DNA from: an uncultured Bacilli bacterium
GTDB taxonomy: Bacteria; Bacillota_I; Bacilli_A; RFN20; CAG-826
NCBI GenBank assembly: GCA_944369075.1
Contig: CALVXK010000002.1
Coordinates: 53,011 to 117,010, forward strand
DNA: 64,000 bases
Direction of reading: 5' to 3'
Shown here: positions 55,884 to 64,000 of the stretch, piece by piece
How the letters are laid out: each line of letters opens with the position of its first letter
Position numbering within the stretch: the first letter of the stretch is position 1
The notes under the pieces: generated by a model
What the model was told of the DNA's origin: nothing
The model's database searches: none
Seen by the model: the letters and a program-made list of their open reading frames with translations, nothing else
Translations under genes and position numbers: made by a program

Positions 55884-56435
55884 ATCTCCTTATTAACTGT
55901 TTTTAAGCTTGATTAATATCAATTAAACATATTATTTATTAATTTCATATTAGCAAATAAAATTTTTTATTTCAATTTAAAGATAAGACTGATTTTTGTT
56001 CTATCACTTGAATTGGAAAGATAAAATTAGTTTGCAAATATATGAATGTAGAAAAAGACATTTTCAAGTTGCCCAATGGGTGAAGTTTTTATTGCTTTTA
56101 TCCTAATTATTAGGTTAAAAAAATCAACAGTTATCCGGCCTGTTCTATCAAAATCATAATTAAGGTTTTTGAAAAAACTACATCTTAGATTGAAATATAA
56201 GATGAAGATGGTGATTTTATAGATGTTTTATATGATGTAACGATTGACAAATTAGAAGGAATATAATCTATCGACTTTATCTCTTTAATCATAAATAAGT
56301 TTTTTTGGCAACATAATTTTCAAAAGCTTAAAAATAAAGGTGAGAACATCTTTATTTTAACGGCTCTTTAATTATATTCGAAAGTAATGCAATTTATTGC
56401 ACAATCTCCGATTCTATTTCAAAAACTGAATAATT

Positions 56436-56525
56436 TCTCATCTTTGACAGAATAATTTAGTAAAAAATCATTTTTATACGATAAGAATCGTATTTTTTCA
56501 ATAAATTTGTCTGTCAAAGATGAGA
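56436..56525. repeat. 15-bp perfect inverted repeat with a 60-nt spacer at a gene-truncation point
   Basis: TCTCATCTTTGACAG (56436-56450) and CTGTCAAAGATGAGA (56511-56525). The spacer contains the hairpin ACGAT-AAGA-ATCGT. Confidence 0.7.
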
Positions 56526-56702
56526 TATAATAAATCCAATAAAAAATTCACATAAAGTCTTATTTTTAATAGTATTTACTTTATCTAAAGATAAATATGT
56601 TTCTTTAAGTAATGTTTCTTTATCATTTTTTGATAAAGAAACTAATTCTTTCTCATCTATTCTTTTTACTTTAAGAAGTTCTTTGAAATCTTTAATAATC
56701 AT
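56514..56702 (-). pseudogene. 5' fragment of a paralog of the 53174-53578 membrane-protein gene
   Basis: Its 62 aa align with the N-terminus of the full copy (IKNKTLCEFFIGFI is shared). The reading frame ends where the inverted repeat begins. Confidence 0.65.
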
Positions 56703-56751
56703 ACTTTTATATTGTAAGGATTATGATTTTAAATTCTTACATAAATATAAA

Positions 56752-56785
56752 AAAACTCCCTGACTTATATAAGAAAGGGAGTTTT
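56752..56785 (-). terminator. Intrinsic terminator after the CUT1 sugar ABC operon
   Basis: AAAACTCCCT pairs with AGGGAGTTTT and is followed on the minus strand by a T7 run. Confidence 0.8.
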
Positions 56786-56808
56786 GTTATTAAATTATGT
56801 AAGCTTAA

Positions 56809-58335
56809 TTAAATAGCTTCATAAGCAGCAGTAACTGTTTGATTAATAAAGTCTGTTAAGTCACTACCTGTTAAATTTGAACGCAAGACTTCAAGGACAA
56901 TATTTCCTAATGTAGTTCTAACTTCTGATGAGAATTGTGAAACAGGAGCAATAAATCCTTGGTTATTTTCAGAATATTCACTGACAATATCATAGATATT
57001 TGCAGTCATATATGCAGTTGAATCATCGATTGAACCATCACCTGTAACAGAGTTAGATGGATCTTTCTTTGACATAATATCAGTAATTACTGTTTCTTCA
57101 AATGAAGAATTTCTTACTGGCGAACTACCATAGGAAGCAGCAAATGTAGCAGCATTTTCTGTATTTGTAATATATTTATAGAACTTCCATGCAGCTTGAT
57201 TAACTTCATCTCCCTTATCAAAGAAGACGATTGAACCACCTTGGTTGATAACATCAGCGTTAGTTGCGCTAACTTCTCCTCCAGTTAAGATATTAGAATC
57301 CATTGCTGGCATTGGTGCAACGCTAGGAACGAAGTTATCAGTAGCACACCAAGAAGCACCAGTTGTTGAATTTAAAACCATAAATGAAGACATTGGGATA
57401 CCAGCTTCATCGTTACCTGTAAATGGTTCGTTAATCCAGTGATCATATGGTTCAGCAAAAAGTAATGTTGGTGAAACAGTAATTAATCCTTCATCATACC
57501 AGCCTTTAATAACAGCTAATAATTGTCTGAATTCATCATTATTGAATAAAACTGCTTCATCTTTATTAATATGTCCATCACCATTTGTATCAGTATTTCC
57601 AGAATATGGAACTCCAGCCATTTGACAGAATGTAATAATCATATTGTCAACTGAATCATAGCCAATAGGAGCAACAGCACCGATTCCTGCATTTCCAGTT
57701 CTATCTGCTGTAAAGATTTCTGGATAATCAGCTCTTATTTGTCTAGCAAGTTCAATCATTTCGCTCCAATTTGTAGGAACTTCATAACCTTTTTCCTCAA
57801 AAACATCTGTGTTATAGTACATAACTTCAGTTGTTCTTTCAAATGGTAAAGAATATGTTCCTTCTTTTCCATAGCCTTGACCATCTTTAAGGTAAGCTTG
57901 AACAACATCCTCTTTTGTTGTATTGGATTCAGCTTGACCTTCGTTTTTACCAAAACCATTTTGTGGATCGTTCATTAATGAATCAACATTTAAAACAACT
58001 TCTTCATTTTGATTCATGTAGTTATAAACGTAATCTTCATAAACAACAGCCATTGATGGAAGTTGAGCTGGAGTATTAATTAATTGAGTTAATTGTTCAT
58101 TAATATCTGGATAATCACCACTTTGTTCCCAAACAATATCAATATTTTCATTTTCAGCTTCAAACTTAGCAACAACATCATTCATCCAATTAACATCATT
58201 CTCTTTATAAAGATTAGTAAAGAATGTAACTGTTACATTTTCAGGTGTTGGTTCGTTAGCATCATTACAAGATGCTAATCCAGCTAAAGTTCCAACAAGT
58301 AAGACCGGGACAATAGACTTTCTTAATTTTTTCAT
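56809..58335 (-). CDS. Carbohydrate ABC transporter substrate-binding lipoprotein (family 1 SBP, 508 aa)
   Basis: Lipobox LASC. Size and composition fit an extracellular solute-binding protein. It is the last gene of the ATPase-permease-permease-SBP operon. Confidence 0.8.
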   Translation of the reverse strand: MKKLRKSIVPVLLVGTLAGLASCNDANEPTPENVTVTFFTNLYKENDVNWMNDVVAKFEAENENIDIVWEQSGDYPDINEQLTQLINTPAQLPSMAVVYEDYVYNYMNQNEEVVLNVDSLMNDPQNGFGKNEGQAESNTTKEDVVQAYLKDGQGYGKEGTYSLPFERTTEVMYYNTDVFEEKGYEVPTNWSEMIELARQIRADYPEIFTADRTGNAGIGAVAPIGYDSVDNMIITFCQMAGVPYSGNTDTNGDGHINKDEAVLFNNDEFRQLLAVIKGWYDEGLITVSPTLLFAEPYDHWINEPFTGNDEAGIPMSSFMVLNSTTGASWCATDNFVPSVAPMPAMDSNILTGGEVSATNADVINQGGSIVFFDKGDEVNQAAWKFYKYITNTENAATFAASYGSSPVRNSSFEETVITDIMSKKDPSNSVTGDGSIDDSTAYMTANIYDIVSEYSENNQGFIAPVSQFSSEVRTTLGNIVLEVLRSNLTGSDLTDFINQTVTAAYEAI

Positions 58336-58390
58336 AATCTCTCCTCTATAGTTAATTTTATTTAACCTTATATATTATATCACTTTCAGT

Positions 58391-59350
58391 TTAACCTTTA
58401 ATACCTGCTCTACCTACACCTCTCATAATATATTTTCTAAAGACTAGGAAAAGTATAATTAGAGGTAAAGTTACTATGACTGTACCAGCCATTTGGAGGG
58501 TAACAAGGTCTCTAGATGAAGAACCTATTCCAATCGAGAAATCAGCAAAATCTCTAAGAGCCACAGTAATTTGTGCATAAGTTGCATCCCCCATTACTAC
58601 TGTTTTTGGCCAAGCATAAGCATTCCATCCAGATATAACTTTAAGTAATACAATCGTAATTAATGTTGGAGAAGCTATAGGTACCATAACTTTCCATAAA
58701 TATTGCCAGTCGTTTTTTCCATCGACTCTAGCAGCAAGATAAAGTTCATTAGGAATTTGTTTAAATGTTTGATTAAGTAAATAAATATAAAAGACATTTA
58801 CTAAGAATGGAGCCATTGTAGCAAAATAAATTTGCCATCTCCCATTAAGTAAATTTAGTCGATACATCGTAATAAAATTTGAAGTAACAAAAAGTTCACT
58901 TGGAATCATCATTGTAATTAAGAAAAGCATAAATACAGCGTCTCTTCCTTTGAATTGAAGTCTAGTAAAAGCAAAGGAAGCAAAAACAGTTATAAAAAAA
59001 GTTCCAATTGTTGATATTCCAACAACAGTCAAAGTATTAACTAATAAACTAGGAATATCAAATCCATCAACTTGGAATACTTTAATGTAATTTGACCAAG
59101 CTATCTCATTAAAAGGAATATAAAATTTATTATCAACAGTAAAATGCCCAATATCTTGATATTTTAAAGATGTTAAAATCATCCAATAAAATGGAAGTAA
59201 GGCAAAAAAGGCAACAATTAAAAGAAAAGCATAAACAAAGATTAAACCTATTATTTTTAAGGTTTTATCAAGTTTAGTTGTTTTAATAGTATCTTTTCCT
59301 TTTTTATCGATAACTAAAACTATGTTTTGATCTAAGGTTGGAGTTTTCAT
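58391..59350 (-). CDS. Carbohydrate ABC transporter permease (MalG-like)
   Basis: EAA-loop LAARVDGKNDWQYLWKVMVP, with six TM segments. Confidence 0.85.
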   Translation of the reverse strand: MKTPTLDQNIVLVIDKKGKDTIKTTKLDKTLKIIGLIFVYAFLLIVAFFALLPFYWMILTSLKYQDIGHFTVDNKFYIPFNEIAWSNYIKVFQVDGFDIPSLLVNTLTVVGISTIGTFFITVFASFAFTRLQFKGRDAVFMLFLITMMIPSELFVTSNFITMYRLNLLNGRWQIYFATMAPFLVNVFYIYLLNQTFKQIPNELYLAARVDGKNDWQYLWKVMVPIASPTLITIVLLKVISGWNAYAWPKTVVMGDATYAQITVALRDFADFSIGIGSSSRDLVTLQMAGTVIVTLPLIILFLVFRKYIMRGVGRAGIKG

Positions 59351-60285
59351 TAATAATATACCCTCTTTTTAGAAACATATAATTGGAGTAAAGTAAAAAG
59401 TAAGATGATTACAAATAAGATAACTGCAGCCGCACAAGCATAGTTTATGTTTTGTCCACCTGTTTGAATTTGATCATAGATAAAATAAACGCAGGTATAA
59501 AGATTATAATTTAATGATGTTGTTCCGCGAGAATTAAATAATCCAGCAATAGCTTGATATTCTTTAAAACCATCAATAAAAGATGTTATTGAAACATAAA
59601 GAATTTGCGGGGATAAAAATGGTACGGTAATATGCAAAAATCTCTTAATTTTCGGTGTTGCATCAATTCTAGCTGCATCATAATATTGCCTATCAATTGA
59701 TTGTAATCCACCAATAAATACTAAAATCTTAAATGGTAATTCATACCAAATAATTTCAATACATAAAACTAACATTGCATGGAAATAAGTAGGAGCCTCA
59801 CTTCCTTGGTTAGGTATAAATGAAATACTAGTTCCAAGTATTTCATTTATTAATCCAGTTTGAGAGAATAAAACTCCAAATACCATACCTACAGCAATAA
59901 TATTTGTTACATAAGGAGTAAAAAATATCGTTTGAAACAAAGTTCTAAGTTTTTTAATTGAATTTAAAGCAACAGCAATAATTAAAGCTAAAACAATAGA
60001 AATAGGAACAGTAATAAATGTTATTAATAAGGTATTAGGTAAAGCGTATTGAAAGAAAGCATCTATTTGGCCTTTACCGGTTAAATAATCTGGAAATTCT
60101 TTTATACCTAGTAAAACAGCATAGTTATCAAAAGTAAATCCACTACTACTTCCAGTAGCATATTTATAATCTTGTAAGAATGAAATAAGAAAAGTGTTAA
60201 TTAAAGGATATAAGGTAAAAAGTGCTATTAAGATAATAGCAGGCATTAAATAAATCCATCCTTTAAAGTTATTCTTATTTTCCAT
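59350..60285 (-). CDS. Carbohydrate ABC transporter permease (MalF/UgpA-like)
   Basis: EAA-loop DAARIDATPKIKRFLHITVP. It has a 1-nt overlap with the next permease. Confidence 0.85.
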   Translation of the reverse strand: MENKNNFKGWIYLMPAIILIALFTLYPLINTFLISFLQDYKYATGSSSGFTFDNYAVLLGIKEFPDYLTGKGQIDAFFQYALPNTLLITFITVPISIVLALIIAVALNSIKKLRTLFQTIFFTPYVTNIIAVGMVFGVLFSQTGLINEILGTSISFIPNQGSEAPTYFHAMLVLCIEIIWYELPFKILVFIGGLQSIDRQYYDAARIDATPKIKRFLHITVPFLSPQILYVSITSFIDGFKEYQAIAGLFNSRGTTSLNYNLYTCVYFIYDQIQTGGQNINYACAAAVILFVIILLFTLLQLYVSKKRVYY

Positions 60286-60296
60286 AAATATTACTT

Positions 60297-61778
60297 TTAC
60301 TTACTTATATCTTTAAAATAAATTCTTTCTTCAGTTTTTAAATCAAATAAATGTATTTTATTTGGTTTAATCTTAAAACGATATTCTTTAATAGATATTG
60401 GATTATCTCCATCAATAACTATTTTAATTTGTTCACTTAATCTTTGATTATGTGAACAAATTAATGTTTGTTCTTTACCACTAAGAGATATTTCATTTAC
60501 TTTTAAAGATAAACCTAAAGTTTCATTATTATCTTCAAAAATAAATCCTTCAGGTCTAATAGCAACATAAACTTCTAATGAAGATTTATCTTCATATTCA
60601 TTAGTTAAAGTTACATTATCTAATATCTTTTCGTTATCTACAAAAATAGCGTTATCTTTAAATTCACCTTTAAATACATTAATAGGTGGAGTACCTAAAA
60701 ACTTAGCAACAAATAAGTTTTTAGGATCTTTATATACTTCAATTGGTTTACCTTCTTGCATAAGTTTACCATTATTCATAACAAAGATATCATCGCATAT
60801 TGACATCGCTTCTTCTTGGTCATGAGTAACAAAGATTGTAGTAATACCAGTTTCTTTTTGAATTCTTCTAATTTCTTCTCTAGTTTTAATTCTAAGTCTA
60901 GCGTCAAGATTAGATAAAGGTTCATCTAAAAGTAATACTCTAGGCTTTTTTACTAAAGCTCTAGCAATAGCGACTCTTTGTTGTTGCCCACCACTAAGTT
61001 CTTTAGGTTTTTTATCAAGTTGTTCTTCTATTTGAACAAGTTTAGCAACGTCTCTAACTAAAATATCAATTTCATCTTTACTTAATTTTCTTTTTTCTTC
61101 TATTCTTTTATTATCTTGATCTAATAAATAATATTCATTATCAATAGAAAATCCTTTATTAGATAATTTTTCTTTTTCTTTATTTATATCTTCTTTTGCT
61201 TTAATGATTACATCATTAATATTTTCTTTAGAAGAATAATCTAAAGAAAATAAAGTTTTAGCAAAAGAAGGAGAAATATGATACTTATTAATTAAGTTTC
61301 TAAGTGCTAAATCTTTATTAATCTTTTTTGAATCTAAAGTAGAAGAATTAATTAAATCTTTAATCTCTAAATATTTATCGTTATCTAATAAAGAAATAAG
61401 TAATTCTAAAGTTTTAACTTTAATACTTTGTTTAAAAGTTAAAACTTTAAGATTAGTTAAAGGGAAAGCAATGTTTTTATATACACTCATATGTGGATAT
61501 AAAGCATAGTTTTGGAATACTAAGCCAATACCTCTTTTTTCAGGTACTAAATGAGTTACATCTTCTTTATCAAAGAAAATATTACCTGAACTTGGTTCTT
61601 TAAGTCCTGCAATCATATATAAAGTAGTAGATTTACCACAACCTGAAGGACCAAGTAACCCAGCTAGTTCTCCATTATTTACCTTAATATTAAGGTTAGA
61701 TACAGCTATAGTATCTTCTACTCCTTTTTTCTTATCACCTTTAAAAATCTTATTTATATTCTCTAATCTTATTTCCAT
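60297..61778 (-). CDS. Carbohydrate ABC transporter ATP-binding protein (MalK/UgpC type) with a large helical-subdomain insertion
   Basis: GPSGCGKST, LSGGQQQR, LLLDEPLSNLD and VTHDQ motifs. About 130 extra K/E/N-rich residues sit between the Q-loop region and the signature motif. Confidence 0.85.
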   Translation of the reverse strand: MEIRLENINKIFKGDKKKGVEDTIAVSNLNIKVNNGELAGLLGPSGCGKSTTLYMIAGLKEPSSGNIFFDKEDVTHLVPEKRGIGLVFQNYALYPHMSVYKNIAFPLTNLKVLTFKQSIKVKTLELLISLLDNDKYLEIKDLINSSTLDSKKINKDLALRNLINKYHISPSFAKTLFSLDYSSKENINDVIIKAKEDINKEKEKLSNKGFSIDNEYYLLDQDNKRIEEKRKLSKDEIDILVRDVAKLVQIEEQLDKKPKELSGGQQQRVAIARALVKKPRVLLLDEPLSNLDARLRIKTREEIRRIQKETGITTIFVTHDQEEAMSICDDIFVMNNGKLMQEGKPIEVYKDPKNLFVAKFLGTPPINVFKGEFKDNAIFVDNEKILDNVTLTNEYEDKSSLEVYVAIRPEGFIFEDNNETLGLSLKVNEISLSGKEQTLICSHNQRLSEQIKIVIDGDNPISIKEYRFKIKPNKIHLFDLKTEERIYFKDISK

Positions 61779-62041
61779 ATCATTAATTATATTAAGTTTT
61801 TAAATATAAAAATTTATAAGTAATAAGTGTCTTACTTCAACACAATATTACTTATAAATTTTATTACAATTTAATTACTACGACTATTATTTTTTTATTA
61901 AAAATATTAAACAAATATTAAGATTATGAACTATATTTTATTCATAAATACCATTATTTAATTATTAACTTTAAATTATCGTGATACAAAATATTTGATA
62001 GTTATCGTCTTTTTCCGTGTATCACAAAAAGTGAAAATAAA

Positions 62042-62395
62042 ACACTAGGTTTCCTATTTGAAAGTCTTTGTATTCGTGATTTAAAAATCTATTCTTCGAA
62101 GTTAAATGGTGAAGTTTCCTATTATCACGATCGTTATGGATTAGAAGCAGATGGAGTTTTGCACCTAAGAGATAAAAGATATGCTTTATTAGAATTCAAA
62201 CTAGGCCAATCAGAAATAGATTTAGGAGCCAAACATCTTTTGAAAATAGAACAATTAATTAAAGAATATAACAAAGAAAATCAACAAACTCCTTTAGCTT
62301 TACCAACTTTAAAAATAATAATAACAGGAACAAAATATGCTTATAAAAGAAGCGATAGGGTTTTTGCTATTCCTATCGCCTGTCTTAAAGATTAA
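62042..62395 (+). pseudogene. 3' fragment of an AAA+/DUF4143-family ATPase gene
   Basis: Only the C-terminal module is present (LGFLFESLCIRDL ... GLEADGVL ... ALLEFKLG, a D..ExK nuclease-like pattern). There is no Walker motif or N-terminal part, and the frame is closed by a stop at 61982-61984. Confidence 0.6.
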
Positions 62396-62407
62396 ATAAT
62401 TTTTTTA

Positions 62408-62979
62408 TTAATTTGAACTTTCATCTCCAAAATATTCAGGATAATATTGTTTCAAAAATGAATAATCTCTTAAACCATAAAAATTATCTAAAATTTTTCC
62501 TTTAAAAATATAATCCATTTCTTCTTTTGTTGGCTTATAAGGTTCTGTTTCATAATAATCTTGTTTATGAACCTCTTCATTATCAATACTTATTGATGGA
62601 TAAACATTTAAATCATCATAAATAAATCCGTTAATTAAATTATGATCATAAGGTAGTGTTTCTCCAGAGACAGAAGTAAACCAATTATAAGTAGTTATAC
62701 ATGCAGTTTCTTTTACAAGTAATCTACTTGAAACTAATGGATTATCTTCGTTTATCCATAAATTAAAAAGATAAACATCATCTAAACTATCACCTGGTTT
62801 ACCTTCTCCATGATAAAAAATACTTCCATCTTTTCCGTCTTTTCCATCTTCGCCTTCAGGTCCAGTTTCGCACATTTCTCCAGTTTCTCCTTTAATATAG
62901 GTAGGAGAACATGAAGGTAAAGCTAAACTAAATGATAATAACGATAAAGTTGATAAACATCCTTTAATTATTTTTTCAT
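62408..62979 (-). pseudogene. Lipoprotein with a short collagen-like G-X-Y run; its start and signal peptide are out of frame at an A6 tract
   Basis: RBS AGAGG, then ATG AAA AAA TAA at 62979-62968. One extra A would give MKKIIKGCLSTLSLLSFSLALPSCSPTYIKGETGEMCETGPEGEDGKDGKDG, continuous with the 155-aa ORF. Confidence 0.6.
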
Positions 62980-63096
62980 ATGCTTTAAACCTCTAATTAC
63001 ATTTATTAACATTAATATTAAATATATTAAAAATATATCAACAAATTAGAAGTTCTATTATTAAGAAAGAAAATCACTAAAATGTAGATTTATATA

Positions 63097-64000
63097 TTAA
63101 CTAAATGAAGGTATATCTGCACCATAAATAACTTTACCTTCATAAAAGCTTTCATCAAAACTAGAAGGTAAAGAAGATTCTTCTAAAGCAACAACAGTAT
63201 CTTTATCCATATTAGTTATCGCGTTTTTCTTAAAATTAGAAGATCCTTCTTCGATATAGATATAATCTAAAGAAGATATATTTTGAATAGAAAAAGAATC
63301 GACATAAGAAATATTTGAAGGTATAACAAGTTCATTAATATTATCATCTAAAACATCTATTGAACCTTTTGTTAAAGTTTCAATAAATGTTGGCAAGATA
63401 TATTTATTATCATTAATTTTAGATGAATCTAGGTTAAATATGTAATATAAGGTCTTATTATCAATACTTGTTAACATGTTTTCTTCTTCATTAATTTTAA
63501 AATTAGGATTAGATGAATTAATACTAATATTATTTAAATTAGGCATATGTAAAAATGGATTACCTTCTAGTTTAGCTAAACTTGAAGGTAAAGTTATAGA
63601 ATTAAATAAGTAATTGTTACATTCTAAAAAGGAAGCAAAAGATAGTTCATTTAATCCTTCATTTAATTCTACTTTAGTTAAATTATCTAAATAAACAAAA
63701 GCATTACAATTAACTTTTCTTACACTAGAAGAAAATATAATTTCATTAATATTATTTAACGAATCAAATGCTCCAGTATAAATTATATTTACTCCTTCTT
63801 TTATATGATAAATCGATGATTTATCATAGTTTACTACTTTAAGTAAAGTCGATAAATCATAAGTATATAAATCTCCTTCATATACTTTTAAGTTATTGTT
63901 ATATTCTGATAGATTTATTGTTTTTAAATTAGGGGTATTTGATAGTCCAAAAGATTGATATTGAATTAATGATGAAGGTAAAACTATTTCTTCTAAAAGT
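63097..64000 (-). CDS. BspA-type leucine-rich-repeat surface protein, C-terminal part (5' end outside the window)
   Basis: I translated the frame and it is open to the window edge. It has repeating units such as IVLPSSL.., ITLPSSLAKLEGNPF and ELVIPSNISYVDSFSIQN. Confidence 0.7.
   Translation of the reverse strand, partial: LLEEIVLPSSLIQYQSFGLSNTPNLKTINLSEYNNNLKVYEGDLYTYDLSTLLKVVNYDKSSIYHIKEGVNIIYTGAFDSLNNINEIIFSSSVRKVNCNAFVYLDNLTKVELNEGLNELSFASFLECNNYLFNSITLPSSLAKLEGNPFLHMPNLNNISINSSNPNFKINEEENMLTSIDNKTLYYIFNLDSSKINDNKYILPTFIETLTKGSIDVLDDNINELVIPSNISYVDSFSIQNISSLDYIYIEEGSSNFKKNAITNMDKDTVVALEESSLPSSFDESFYEGKVIYGADIPSFS

Noticed and set aside
1-64000. Alternative genetic code (TGA read as Trp, Mollicutes code 4).
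   Set aside because: Conserved proteins such as dnaB, guaA and the 1951-aa helicase are full length under the standard code. Trp positions use TGG, and several genes end in TGA at the expected length, for example the S8 protease with its ATGA overlap.
1-64000. CRISPR arrays, rRNA genes, prophage, IS elements or integrases.
   Set aside because: I saw no regularly spaced direct repeats and no rRNA-like segments. No ORF has transposase, integrase or recombinase motifs. The only repeat structures are the paralog fragment pair and the inverted repeats reported above.

Overview
The window is a very AT-rich, gene-dense segment, mostly on the minus strand. It looks like a low-GC Bacillota or Mollicutes-like genome that uses the standard genetic code: ORFs are long and intact, Trp is TGG, and no TGA recoding is needed. 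Many solute-binding and surface proteins carry lipoprotein signal peptides, and no wall-synthesis genes are visible.

Content from left to right:
- A BMP-family nucleoside ABC operon (0.5-6.0 kb) sits behind a long structured leader.
- A conserved replication/ribosomal block follows: rlmH, a WalJ-like MBL hydrolase, dnaB, rplI, gdpP, rpsR, ssb and rpsF (6.7-13.2 kb).
- Next comes an OYE/Fe-S/FAD reductase with a divergent PucR-type regulator.
- An unusual nucleotide cluster contains two GMP-synthase paralogs, two pseudouridine-kinase-like PfkB kinases and psuG (17.1-23.3 kb).
- A tightly packed run holds a thioesterase, an M29 aminopeptidase, a ThyX-like protein and folD. It lies directly behind a 1951-aa DUF4011/SF1-helicase/DUF3320 protein and an AAA+(DUF4143) ATPase (23.4-34.0 kb).
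- Then come a P-type ATPase, an oxidoreductase and a ClC channel.
- A U32 Fe-S protein, a DASS-like permease and a chorismate mutase form one operon (40.0-43.0 kb), followed by tRNA-Leu(UAG).
- Two paralogous K/N-rich proteins have a faint PlsX-like pattern.
- An Mgl-type sugar ABC operon is paired with a LacI regulator, and its promoter contains a palindromic operator. A Y-family polymerase follows.
- The right end is an accessory surface-protein region: an S8 protease, paralogous lipoproteins, gene fragments, a CUT1 sugar ABC operon, a frameshifted collagen-like lipoprotein and a BspA-type LRR protein.

I saw no CRISPR array, rRNA gene, transposase or integrase. All functional calls rest on motif and family recognition by eye. 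No database search was run.
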